DNA of 64,000 nucleotides from Balanoglossus misakiensis (Eukaryota; Animalia; Hemichordata): positions 5,306,760 to 5,370,759 of the forward strand of contig CM082576.2 of NCBI GenBank assembly GCA_040954595.2, written 5' to 3'. Both the position numbers and the translations under genes were made by a program. Every line of letters starts with the position of its first letter. Position 1 is the stretch's first letter. Of the stretch, positions 51,392 through 64,000 are shown piece after piece. The notes below the pieces were generated by a model. The model made no database searches and was not told the DNA's origin. It saw only the letters and a list, made by a program, of their open reading frames with translations.

Positions 51392-54300
51392 CTGCGGAAT
51401 GGAGAGAGAGGGAGAGAGAAAGATATTGGCTTGAATATTTCGGATGGTGATCAAGCGTGTAAGGAAGAATCGGCCATCGCATAACAGCAACCGTCAAACC
51501 GACGAAGCGCAACCTGCTGTTGCGCAGACTTAGTGTCACTCTGTTTTGAGATAGAACAACCTTTCTCTCGACAAGATCAATGCTGCACGCCGACAACCCC
51601 TGCCACGCGCAAATGGGGAACATCCATCTTCGAATAACAGATTTCCTGTATTTCAGACTGTGCTCGCATGTCTCTTCTAAATTGACGAACACTTTCCTCC
51701 CGCCGAGGCAGGCAGCGAACGAGTCTCTATAAGCGTATCCCCTCAATTAAAACCCCCTGCTCTTTTTTTGCGGGTCAGAAACATCCCCATTACCGAAGAA
51801 CTCATCTTAGAGTGCCGATCAATCAATGGGCAGGAATAGCTGGTCAATTTCATAGCCTAGAGGCCTGGGTATAGCCTCTTCCCGCTCTCCCGTCAAGACA
51901 CCCTTTGTGGCACACCGAACAATAAAGGAAGATTCCTCGAACAAGTGACTCTCCGTACGCTAAACGAAGTGGGCGATTCCAATTACTGGAATGACATTTA
52001 ACTGAACATCTCCGAAGGCGCATTTCGTGAGCGCCGAAGTAGTACCCCATCGTTACTTCTATCAAAATTATATCTAAATCTCTTTTGATTCCGGTTCATT
52101 AAAACAAATCAATTCTCAAACGACGTTATTTGGCCGACAACGATGGCTTTAATGGCCCCCAAACAGAGTTAAACGTTTTGCTTTTCCGCCATTAGTTGTC
52201 TCTCTCATTACAGGTTGTTGAAAATAATTTCCTTCCCCGACCTTGTGATTCAGTTCCCGTTTCGACGCAAACCCGATGACCGGTTATGATGTTATTTCAA
52301 CATTGCAGTCTTTGACTCCTTACTTAAGCCCATATCCCCGTGTTCAAACTATCAACTCAAGCCTGGACGAGTCATTTTCGAGTCAAGACATACTTAAATG
52401 TCTTCCCGTACTTCAAAATTATGCGAAATTCACTACAATCTGATCGCATACTCTTATCGGTACACTTTTTAGCCATTATCACAAATTGAATAAACGTTAG
52501 GGCCCCAAAGTGTCACACGTAGGCTAACGCTGCCGATCACTTTCTTCTTTATGCATCTTATTATACACTGGTAACTTTCACTATTTAAAACGACCAAGAT
52601 CGATCAAACTTTAATTAAACAGCAGACGATTTACATCGCATGACACAATGATAAATGCAATCACTTGGATCGCTGTCACAGAGATTTTATCTCCTGTCGT
52701 TGATATTAATTCCAGCGTCTGCTTGTCGCATTGGAGAAAGAGTAATGGAAGACATCGTTAAAATGCGACTTTGTTTCTATAGTCGATATCAGAATTTCCC
52801 GCCGTCCCACTTTCTACACGGCGCGTATCGGTGATTTATCGCCAACCCGCGGAACAGCACACAGGCGGACGACGTAGAAATGCGGCGCGGATCACGCGTT
52901 GGCGAGTCATCAACCCGGCGAACCTCGTTCAAGGCTCGGTTAGAATTCCATACCGAGGTCCATGTACAAGGTATAGAACAATGAGTCCGCGTCTTAAATC
53001 AGCGATATATATCAACGATACTTGTGGTTTATGTCTTATCGTCTTCTACGCCATATTTTATTCGCGTATATCTGATCATCGACAACCGAGATTGTCTCTG
53101 AGACAACAAGTGTCAGACTCGCTTTCCTTATTTTCGCAAAGGCGTAATCTGCAGCGATTGTAAACGATTACATTTACAATTTACCTATCGCGCCAGCTAC
53201 ACTTGGACTTCCTACTTTATCCAACAGAGCAATGAGGCGGAAACTATTAAGGTTGGCATTAGCAATCATCTTGTTACTGTGCTCTTCAAATCCAGGAAAT
53301 GGATTTTTTTTTCTTTCGACACTAATAGAAGAACACTGCGCAGACATGCGTCGTCCTCTGTGCGAGAAAGTGGCATCAAACACTCGAAAGTCACTGCATA
53401 CATGTATAGAAATTTAATTTTATCCTGACTATACTTTAACAAAAGGCATTATATTTTCTTTTTAACGGTGCAGATTTCTGCCATTTTCAGTTCAAACGAC
53501 ATTTTTGTGCATTTTTGCGCGTTTCAGTTGGAAGCATGAGATTAATAGCAAATAGACAATGATTCTGGAAAAAAACGCTTGGCTACGTCGGCATCTGCAT
53601 TCACGGCTTAAGTTTAGACAAACACGACTGAAGAAGCGTTAGACATTTGCACAAACCTAAAAAATAATCACAGCATATACCTTCTTGAAGAGCTGCTTTA
53701 TCACTTGTCAAATGCCGTTAACCTATGATGTATGCTCAACTGGAAAAATCTCAGTTCAACGTAATAAAAAAACTAACGAACGGCGAAAATGATTCAATCT
53801 GAACTCACCTTTGGAATATGTAAAGTAAATGCGTTGCCTTGTATAAAAGGTAGAGTGAAGACGGTAATGTCAGCCTTTGAAATGAATGGATAGTGTCGCA
53901 GGCAACAGGGAAATCAGAAGAGACGATGGTGTCCGAGCTGAAGCTTGATTTGAATGCTTGTAAAACACTTGCTTACACGGACTCCTTATATAGACGACTG
54001 GAAACCCTAGGTGGCGGGACAGTGACAAGCCCACGTTGCTACACTGGAAATGGAATCAGTAGTCGGTCGCGTGAAAATCGATTATAAATCATTGTCTGGG
54101 GTTAACAAGTTGCTACGTATGAGCACTATCATCAAGCTATTGGGCGGCGGCTTTCTTGCATCATTGTCACCTCTAAAACTTCCCCCTTTTAGGAATTAAT
54201 AGTGTATTAATGAAGACTTTTGTCCCTTTGCTGTTCGTCAACAAGGGATGACGATCTTCCCCTTTTGGGAGCCGTTCCCTGGCGAGCCTCATTAGAATTT

Positions 54301-56424
54301 CAGACAGAGTCTGCAGCGACCAATCACATTGCACCGCCTCTCCAGGGCTACTCATTTGAATGGTGGTCGCCGCACCCATATATGGTATTACTACGCACCC
54401 ACCTGAAACTCAAAATACAACGTGTTGCTCTCTAAAATAACAAAAAGTTGAGTTGCACAGTAGTAAGATACTAACGAGGCATCCACTAGATCAAAAATGG
54501 TAATGTTGAACGTCTCCACCTTGCAGCTGTCGCTAACGATTTGGGATTTCTCTCCATTTTACTTATAAAAGTAACTATAAATGTATGAACTCCGTGTTTA
54601 TTAAGTATCTTCCCAAGAAATCAATTGACTTTTCAGCTCACTGTTATCTCCACAGAACATCGACATAGAAGCGCCTATCTATGCCGATGTTGCGTTTACT
54701 CTTCACACGCTGTTACCGATACACCTCAAGATGGCACGCTGGAGATCTCAAGTGCTACATATATCCGATGATATCCGGCCTCTGATCAACTGAGACGGTT
54801 GAATAAGTGTATCGTAAATCATCGTGGAACGGGGTGAAAGTGTCCTCTTCAATGCATGCATTCCTCTGATTCCATCACCATAAAAATAAATCATCACTCA
54901 CAACTGAAAAATAATCGACTTAATAATTTGACTTGGAAACTTAGTGAATGAAGAAGGACACGTAAACAGTTTGCCAACCACCATCAACCTTGTTTTCATC
55001 GCTTGTGTTCGTCCGTCGGTGAGTGTTCGGTTGTACGTGTAGTGTATATCTATTGTCACCAGTTGTACCACACAAGGTGGAACAATTTAATGAAGAACGT
55101 TCAGAAATAAACTCTGTAAGAGTGATCACTCATCGAAAATGCCCCTTTCCCCGTATTTATCGGATAACAGACGTTCAGATGAAATGAAATCATATTTCAC
55201 CCAAGTCATAAATGTCATATGGATTAATGACCTGGTTTACTGAAATGATCAGACAGTTGTCTACATGTTACATCTGCGACAATCAGCGCATTTTCATTGA
55301 TCCAGAGGTTCTTGGCCGAGGAAGTTTTATTTTTTTACAGCTCTATTTGCAAGCTTAAGTTTTCATTAATTTTAGGTTGTCAACACAGAACGAGGAGTTC
55401 GATTTGAACCACATGGAAGACTCAGTTGTTTCGGAGATGTACTTATCAATTCTATGTCTGAAGTCAAACTCTCCACCACTCGTCTCTGTACAAAAAACAA
55501 CACCAGTCATGTGACGCGCACGACGTACAGAATTCGAGCAGCAGGCTTTGTGACGTACACTTGACACGGATAATCCAAGAAAACTTGTCATAAGTAGCTG
55601 CTTTAATCATGATCGTGAGGCAGCAACTGTGAAAGAGATCTAGTCATTCTATAGATGGACAACAATTTAGACAGCATATGCATTAGGGCTTAGGGTACCG
55701 CACACAAAATGTCGCGTGAACGTAAATTTCAACATTTGCAGACACACGTGTTCGGAAAGAAAGGGGAGTCGGTGATTTTTTAAATAAATACACTGAGCTT
55801 TACCGCGGGTACCATAGAAATCTTTTACGCTATTCACCGATTATTCAACGGTTGGAAGGCGAATGTGTCGATATGATGATGTCGTCATCAACCCTGATCC
55901 CCATGGTTACCACGGGAAGGTGTGGCTTTTTGGAGACAATGGAGGTACGCCACAGTGGATGCGCCAAAAGACGACTTCGTTACTGCACTGACTTGGCTGC
56001 CAGCCGCCGGAAGATCTTGCGGAGATCTTCGCTCGACACTCACTGCATGTTCAATGAAGCATGTTATAAACTGTGAGGGTGACCGCACTGATACATAGGC
56101 ATACGAAGTAAACTACAAGTGTGCTTATTGTCGCAAAAAACAACCTAAAGCATATGCTTATTTCAGAGATTGTAATAAGCAGTTGTCGAATTCAGCTCAA
56201 TGATTTATTAACAAAAACGATTCACGAACGTAAACCCAATTCGATTAACATCAGATTACCTCGTATCAACGCCCAGCATTAAGTCATGAAACTCGTAATA
56301 GACTTACAGTTGTTTAAAATGAGCTGCTTGTGAGTAAATCACGAGTTTTAAAATTACGTTCTTTGAAATAATTATATTTGCCTTCGTGTTTTTTTTATAT
56401 TTATTTTTAATCTCAACAATATCG

Positions 56425-56517
56425 TCTTTTTTGCATTTTCCTCATTATTGTCTCAAGTCTAACTAAAATCTTCTTTTTTGTATTTTCCTCATTATTGTCT
56501 CAAGTCTAACTAAAATC
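56425..56517 (+). repeat. Tandem duplication of a 46-47 bp unit
   Basis: tcttttttgYattttcctcattattgtctcaagtctaactaaaatc occurs at 56425..56470 and 56472..56517 with one mismatch. Confidence 0.92.
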
Positions 56518-58386
56518 GTATTAAAGAGTGCCTTAGGAAGTGTAGGGCATTTACGTTAAATTGTTCTCGGCAATTTCTTTAACGAGAAGTATATTGAACC
56601 CTAGGAGACTTAATTACATCACTGTGGATGAAAAATGTAGGAAGGTGTGTATCACGCGTTTAAATCCCTCTAGACATTTGAACTGTATATAATTATCGTT
56701 ACATGCAAACATACCCTGAGCACAAAATGCAAATGATATAGAGACATGCACAGATCATTGAAATAGCTGACATTCTGAATAGACAAAAGAGTCGATCTCT
56801 CGTCAACACAGGCAGTTTACAAAAATATATCTTTTGATGTGAGTGTAAACTAAACACTACAAATTCCTGGTATTCAGTAAATGGGGATTTCAGTCATTAT
56901 CAAGATAGTGATATTATTTTGACGCGATTTTTGAGTCATCCACGATCTTAATTTGTGGGAACACCGACCATTAGTGGACACAAATAAATTTACGTCTTTG
57001 TAAAGTGAAAAAAAATAATGTTTGATTTTATTGGGCCATTCGTATAGCTTAAAATACGTAAACTAGACTAAATCAAATTACTTCGATTATGTTAAACAGC
57101 GATGACATAGAAGATCCGGGATTGAAACTGATATTTTGCCACTTTTCCTGTGTGGAATATACGAGAATAAAACGTGGGGTTTTTCCTCTTTCTTGACGAA
57201 CCCGTGTTGAAATTCACTAGCCTTAAGCGCATCGTTGAAACGAATGTCGACTCAGTCATCTTGCATAGTCCTTGCGGTTAATGACAGTATGGTAATGTCC
57301 GGATATTTTTTTCTGCGAGAGCACTGTGATAAAAGCAGGGTTTCGGCTGAATATGCGTCAATTCAAGGCAATTGTGGGGAACCCCGGACCACTTGTCGAT
57401 GAGCCTTGGCATTATTCTGACTAGTGAAGATGTGATTATTTTTAAAACCGAAATAAGACAGTGACACCTTGAAAAGAACTACTGAGCCAAAGTACTGTCA
57501 TGAGTTTCCTGGTCAAACTGTAATGCTCTTAGAGTGTTGCCTAATGATCTTCCCAATTTACGCTCACGTAATTCTTACTTAATATGTAAGCCACGATGAC
57601 CGTCTAGATAACAAACGGTGTATGGTTTAACCAACCGTGAGACTTGCGTGAAATTATTTTCCGCTCGGAGCAAGTTGAGTGCTTTAAGAAACAGATGTCA
57701 CTACTTGGAGATGACAGTCGCTGGCAAATTCAATCCCTTTCAATGAATCGCCGAGGGTCAGAGATCGGGTGCCCAGTCTCCAGGAAGTGCGTGCCGCTGT
57801 CGATTTTCGTCAATCCAGTCTGAATCTCTTACAACCCCAAAACAGAGTGGCATGTGCTCGAGCAACCGACCCAAGTTCGATCATTTGTCAAACCGAATGC
57901 TCCTGCCAAATATGCAAATTTCCACTAACATGGCTCCGCGTGTGCTGCAGCCGTGATCCCCTGTAGCGCGGTGTCAGCTAACCGCCTTCATTTGCCGAAA
58001 AGGAACCCTGAGCTGGTTTTCCTAAACAACCTTTGCTACGTGCCCAGACAATAGCTTAACCTGGAAACCGGCGGAGACTGTGCGGTTGAAACTACAAGCA
58101 GACTCATTTACAGAGATTACTTTCATACAGAATGTGCGTTATCAAACTTTGGAATACGTGCTCCAGAATTCACGGCACGAACGGCTCTTGTCTAAACCCA
58201 GCAGGCCCTTCCAGCATTTGATCTTTTACGAAAAATGGGAATGGGAAGTTGCTTTGGGATATCATCCATGGATTATCGAATAGGTAATGCGGGAAATGAT
58301 GCTGAAATCTTTATTCCATGAATAAATGACCATATGTGTTGCACATATTATATATCGTTCCAAACGTATATAGATAAACACAACAA

Positions 58387-58464
<78 letters not shown>

Positions 58465-58488
58465 ATATCTATCTATCTATCTATCTAT
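58387..58488 (+). repeat. (ATCT)n tetranucleotide microsatellite
   Basis: About 25 units with one interruption. Confidence 0.97.
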
Positions 58489-61400
58489 AAGAATCTACAT
58501 CCATCTTGCTAATGTTCATTTCAGTAGATGGTTTACTCAATCTATTTACCTATCTGGAGAACCCGCTAACATTGTGCAAGTGCTTGGATCATCATGTTCG
58601 TTGTATTAACTTCTCAACGAGCCGATGAGATATTCGAAGGTCGTCGATGAACGTCGATGCCAAGCCGTACAAGATCGCGTCTCTGTTTAATGTAATGACG
58701 AGAGTAGATTGTGATGTCAGCGTTTCACAGGTTATTGAAGGGCGTTGCTATACAACCTTCCGATTGAAATGTCTGATCAGTTGTTGAGTATCTGAAATGT
58801 TTCCGAGAGGAGCTTGAGTTTTAAGACTCACAAGGTGTACAAACACATTGTCGTCTCATTCTTCTCGTAAAGTGCTGATTTACTCGCAAAGTTTCACAAT
58901 TCTATGACCTGCGCCAGAAGACATTATTCTATCACTGAAAAGAAATTCAAGTTTTCCAAACTGTCTTAGTTATTGATCTGTATTGGCATATTTTTATTTT
59001 TTTAAATATTCCAATGTTCATCATGTAAAATAAAATTCAAATACAGGTAGAAATACTGGGCTTTGCATGTGTGCGCCTTTCGTGTGAGGCTCACGATTAA
59101 ATTTGTTACAGTGTGTACTCGTTATAACTATTTCAATCAAACACTGTCTCACCGGCCCAATTTGGCAGCCCGTGCGCTGAAGGCCAAGGAGTAATGGTTG
59201 TTTTGAAAAGGGTTAGGTTTTCCTATTACCCCGACGGACCTGACAGCAAGAGAGGAATGTCAACACATCTGATTTCGAACATATACAAGGATTGCTAAAT
59301 TGTACACTGGGCACTGGAAGTGAAGCGCATTGCCTATAGAAAGAGCATCTCCTGACTGCGCCAACGTAGCGTGAATAATTCACCCACCCCGCCGAACCAT
59401 CTGCGTTCTCCTTACCGTCGCGTGTATTCGCACTATTGCTGAACTGTTTTTGTTCATTTCCAAGAATATCATCCAATGACATTTACACCATGAAACTTGC
59501 ATCACATAGCTTCACGATTTTGACAAATATGTATGGTGGGTAGACTACATTTATGAGTGGGAATGATACAAAAATGAGGCGATGTGCAGAAACTCTTGAC
59601 ACTGTGCTGTCCACTGCGTTAATTTAAAACAATGGCTAGTGCTTTACATGTTTCTAAAAAGTGTCCAATATGACTAAAAGTGTTAAAATACTCCATAGTA
59701 ATATTTAGGTCTCCATCAATCATTTACACATTTGACAGATCTGTTTATATTAATTGTGTCGTGTTACAGAAACAACGTTCTCTTCTGGGGGAATCAGTAT
59801 ATGAACTTTTCCATTTCGGATTTCTATATTATGCAAAAAAAATGTTGATATTGAATCATGACAGAGCCGTACCGAGAAAAAAATGTTTATAAATGTCATC
59901 GTTGTAACAACGGACCGAAAAGGAGCAATACTCCTTGACAGCTCCTTCACGTCGGGGGAGAATATTGCAGAAGCTTGTTCTCTATCCATGCGGCGAGGCT
60001 GCAGGGATTTGACTCATTTCCTGCGGAACTTCATTCATCTTTGAAATGATCAATGTTTGGTAACTAAGCCACCCTTGACCCTTGCGACCAGTTTTGGCTA
60101 GATACATGTCGGTATTTGTGCTGCAGATTTAAAGACAAAAACAGCGCGTTTGGTGACTTTCTTGTGCATTAAGGGAAGACTTGAAAGTAAAGCCCTGAAG
60201 GAGTTCTAATATTCGTTTCACAAATTAGAAAAGATCTTACATAACACCTTCAAAGTCAAAATCTACGAAAAGTGATATTCGCTGCACTCGCCAAACCCAG
60301 AGTGATTTCTGTTTCAATAATTTACCAAAGCTATTCAAATCCAGCAAAATCACCATTTGCGAAAATCCCCTGTCCCAATGGCACATTAAAAATTAAAACA
60401 AGGAAAGTTGAAGTATTGTCGTACAGGTAACCATAGGAACGGCTAATTAACATCAAGAGATAATAGCGATCCTTCAAATTATACTATCATTCCGGGGTAT
60501 GTGTCGCCCGGAGAATGAAGCCTATTGTTGAATAATACAGTTCGCTGAAAGTGCATATATAGATAAGTTAATTGACAGGGGCTATTTTAGAATTGTCATG
60601 TATGCAGACGATCAGAATTGTCTTTTGGGCTTCTCGCTAACGCTATGCATATATATTAAATCGACGGTGGAGGGTATAACATGGCGGTAGGAAAATTAAC
60701 CAACGGAATCTCCCCTTGATTCGATTGGAATGTTCCAAAGTTTTCAATCCTTGCTACTAAGATGCAGACGAGGCAAATGTTCCCATATTTCATACGATGA
60801 CGGATCATGAAGAACCAGGGTCAATATGCTCTTATTCTCGATAAATAATTTTGATTACGCAATCGAACTACAAAACTAATCGTCTGACGTCTCATTGCAA
60901 TTGAATGATTGCTGAATTACATAGGTGTTGATTAAACACGCAACTATTTCGAAGTGTACCTTATGCATAATAGAAAAGAGGTGTTATAACAGCTCTTACA
61001 AATCTCAGTCCGCTTTTCCCGCTTGTTGGGCAGGCAGAGGAGGAAATAGGTTCATATCACAGCCTGTACTACATGGCAACAACGAACAGCAATGACGTCA
61101 TCACTCTCCCTATTCATCGATTAAAGCGCGCCTCAAAAGCGGCAGTGTATGCGACACAGATGACGAAATCAGCTGCTAGTAATCTCACTTCCCAGACATC
61201 ATTTTATCAAGCATATAATAACAGAAGTTCTTAACTATTTTAAATTGTGCAATTGAACTCACAAATATAACAATAGGTGTGTCGAAATTGATGTTATAGG
61301 TTATCTTACAAAAAAATGGTTATCAAAATTTGTGATCTTGCACAGTACTTCACTGGCCCTGTTGTTACTTCCTCACATTCAGACTGAATAATATTTTAGG

Positions 61401-62502
61401 TTTCTGCCCGGGATCTATACTGACGGTTGATATGTATGCATCGTGAAGCACTTAAGTCCATCTTCATGTTTTTCCTCGAGGTGATGGTTACTTGACCGAC
61501 ATGCATTATTCCTTGCTATCATTACGTGCCTAATTCCAAACTCCGTAATAGAGAAAAAAAACTCTGCAATCAATCAACTGATTCCGAGTCAAATAAAGCT
61601 TTTGGGCAGACATCTGCTTCATATGCATGAGTGGGTCTTCGTTGAACTACAACTAGAAAATGGCATGACGCGAGACGTTTACTAGTACAAGGTTGGATTT
61701 CACGAATGATACATTTACATATAGCAAACCATGAACCGTGTAAAAATTATTATCATTATGTTGCCCGGTGCACAAAATTGAGAAAATCCAACGATAACAA
61801 AATAATCAATGATCTGAGATAGCATACTGATTTGATCGACCAAGGGCAAGGTTAGGGGGAAGCTAAAACAGACTTAAAGAGATCTACTGAAAAATGAGAT
61901 ACAAATTGACATCACTAAACGTAATGGATTGTCTTTGATGATGCGACAAGTGAATCGATTTTCTAACCCCAACCGTGAGAGAGCGAAAAATAAGCTGATT
62001 GATTGAAATTCTCGTAAGGGGATCTTTTCAGAGGTAATCGGGGGGGGGGGGGGTGTTTTGGAATAGTACGTAGATTCTGTGGTGTCGCATAATAGCATGT
62101 TAATAGCATAACTTGAGAGACAGAAAACAGTATGCAACTGAAAGACAACTAAACGGACAAGCTGATACACGTGACAACAGATAATGATTGGTGTGTTTTA
62201 AAACAGCCAAGTCAACCAGTTACTGTATTTTCTACAACAACTACCTTCCAACAAAGTCATCATACTTTGGACTCTTCGCTATCATTGTCGTAAATCATAC
62301 TGTTTTATATAGTCAGCATTGATTTACATTTTGAAATAAAAAATACTTCATTGTAGTGATAAAACAAGTAGACTGTGAAACTAGTTCTAGGCGAAGACTC
62401 GGCCAATAACTACTAAATCCATACATTTGGCGCCGTATTCAAAGAAACAAATTTGCAAGAGAAACAGTACCATGTCTGTTAGGGCAACTCAGAACTTGGA
62501 AC

Positions 62503-62786
<284 letters not shown>

Positions 62787-64000
62787 GCAGTCGCTAAGAC
62801 CTCTTAAACTTGTACACATTTTCAATGCCAGATTTTGAATAAAAATGATTCACTACTTCGACTACTACATGTCCTTTTTCACAAAAACATATTGGAAAAT
62901 ATAGGATTTGCAAGACAACAGTTTGGAATATAATGTTTTCCCCTGTGAGTCTTGTATTTTCAATTGATGTATGGCTTGCGTGATATGAAGTCGTTTCTCC
63001 TTTTCAAGGCCTGTTTATGAGACACGCACGATGAACATTTTCCTTGAAATGTAGGAATTATGGTTTCCATTTGAGTGCACTCTATACACGACGTCTGCAA
63101 TAAATGGGTATTTATTGCACGAAAACCTCACAGTCTTTCCTGGCTTCGTGAAAGAGCCACGTTTTACTTTTTTTTAAATGCTGACTTTTAAGAGGAAATC
63201 AAGCTAACAGCGAGATTAATGGGCAGATGGATGACTGGATTAATGGAATGGGGGAAGAGATAGAGAGAGAGGGGGGAGGAAGGAATGGACGGATACCAGT
63301 GTGTGTGTGTGAGTAAGCATGTCTGTATCCATGCGCATCTTTGCACAGAATCGCCCATCATTGCCGGCGTTTAACAGATGCACTTTAATTGTTCTCGTGT
63401 GGGAAGTGGTGCTTTCATGCTGCTGACATAGATCTGACGACTGACTGGTGGCTCGACAGACAGAGTCTCTCTTATAGCCCCGAGGCATTGTTAAATGCGC
63501 TCTCTCAATCTATTTCATACGGCAAGCCAGTCTTCGTTCGTGTAAACATTCCCTCTTGTCGGAGTATGTACTTCAGGAAATGGTCTCCCATGGCCGTTTG
63601 ATTCGAGTTTCCGAAGGCATGAAAACAACGGATGAGTAATCGATGATGGTTACGCTGACGCTCACGGATAATCGCCAGAACTCAACAAGGCGAACTAAGA
63701 TGGGGCAGATTTTGCACAAAATGACCAGGAAACCTATTACAAATATAGACCACTTTACCATAAGATACTAGTTGTAGATATGTTGCCATGTATGTCCTCT
63801 ACTGACTTCAAAAACGATGCCGTGGTCTATTCTGTTTTGTTCATTACGTTTAGGGGCATTGCTCCTTCAGAAAATCCAAAGCAAGACACATTATTAAAAC
63901 AACAAAGCAAACTATGGAAATATTCGCTGCCTCATCTCTCATTAATATGTATGTTTGATTTCACGCATGATTTCATACACTCGGGATCTCGATATAAATT

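Noticed and set aside
51195-51746. Longest ORF in the window (183 aa, - strand)
   Set aside because: It is an alternative frame overlapping the EH-like exon and its acceptor tract, with no recognisable domain.
58334-58609. ORF with (SIYL)n repeats
   Set aside because: Artefact of the (ATCT)n microsatellite.
63573-63761. Hydrophobic-start minus-strand ORF MVKWSIFVIGFLVILCK
   Set aside because: No cleavage or processing pattern and no family resemblance. Its start ATG|GTAAAG could equally be a splice donor.

Overview
Intron-rich animal genomic DNA. It is probably from a marine invertebrate deuterostome (hemichordate or echinoderm type), inferred from gene content only. The first 42 kb holds a head-to-tail + strand cluster of four paralogous globin genes. 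Each has the three-exon plan with phase-2 (B12.2) and phase-0 (G7.0) introns, CD1 Phe, E7 His and F8 His. The three genes whose first exon is visible start with Met-Gly or Met-Gly-Cys acylation motifs, like membrane-tethered globin X / globin X-like proteins. Exon 1 of the first gene is not in the window. About 9 kb downstream, on the - strand, is an 81-aa secreted precursor (signal peptide, acidic spacer, RR site, six-Cys mature peptide) with an eclosion-hormone-like cysteine framework. Also present are a decayed Ty3/Gypsy remnant, a TTAA-flanked MITE with long TIRs, several microsatellites and hairpins, and two orphan TATA/Inr promoter-like sites. Most other ORFs in the track look like noise.
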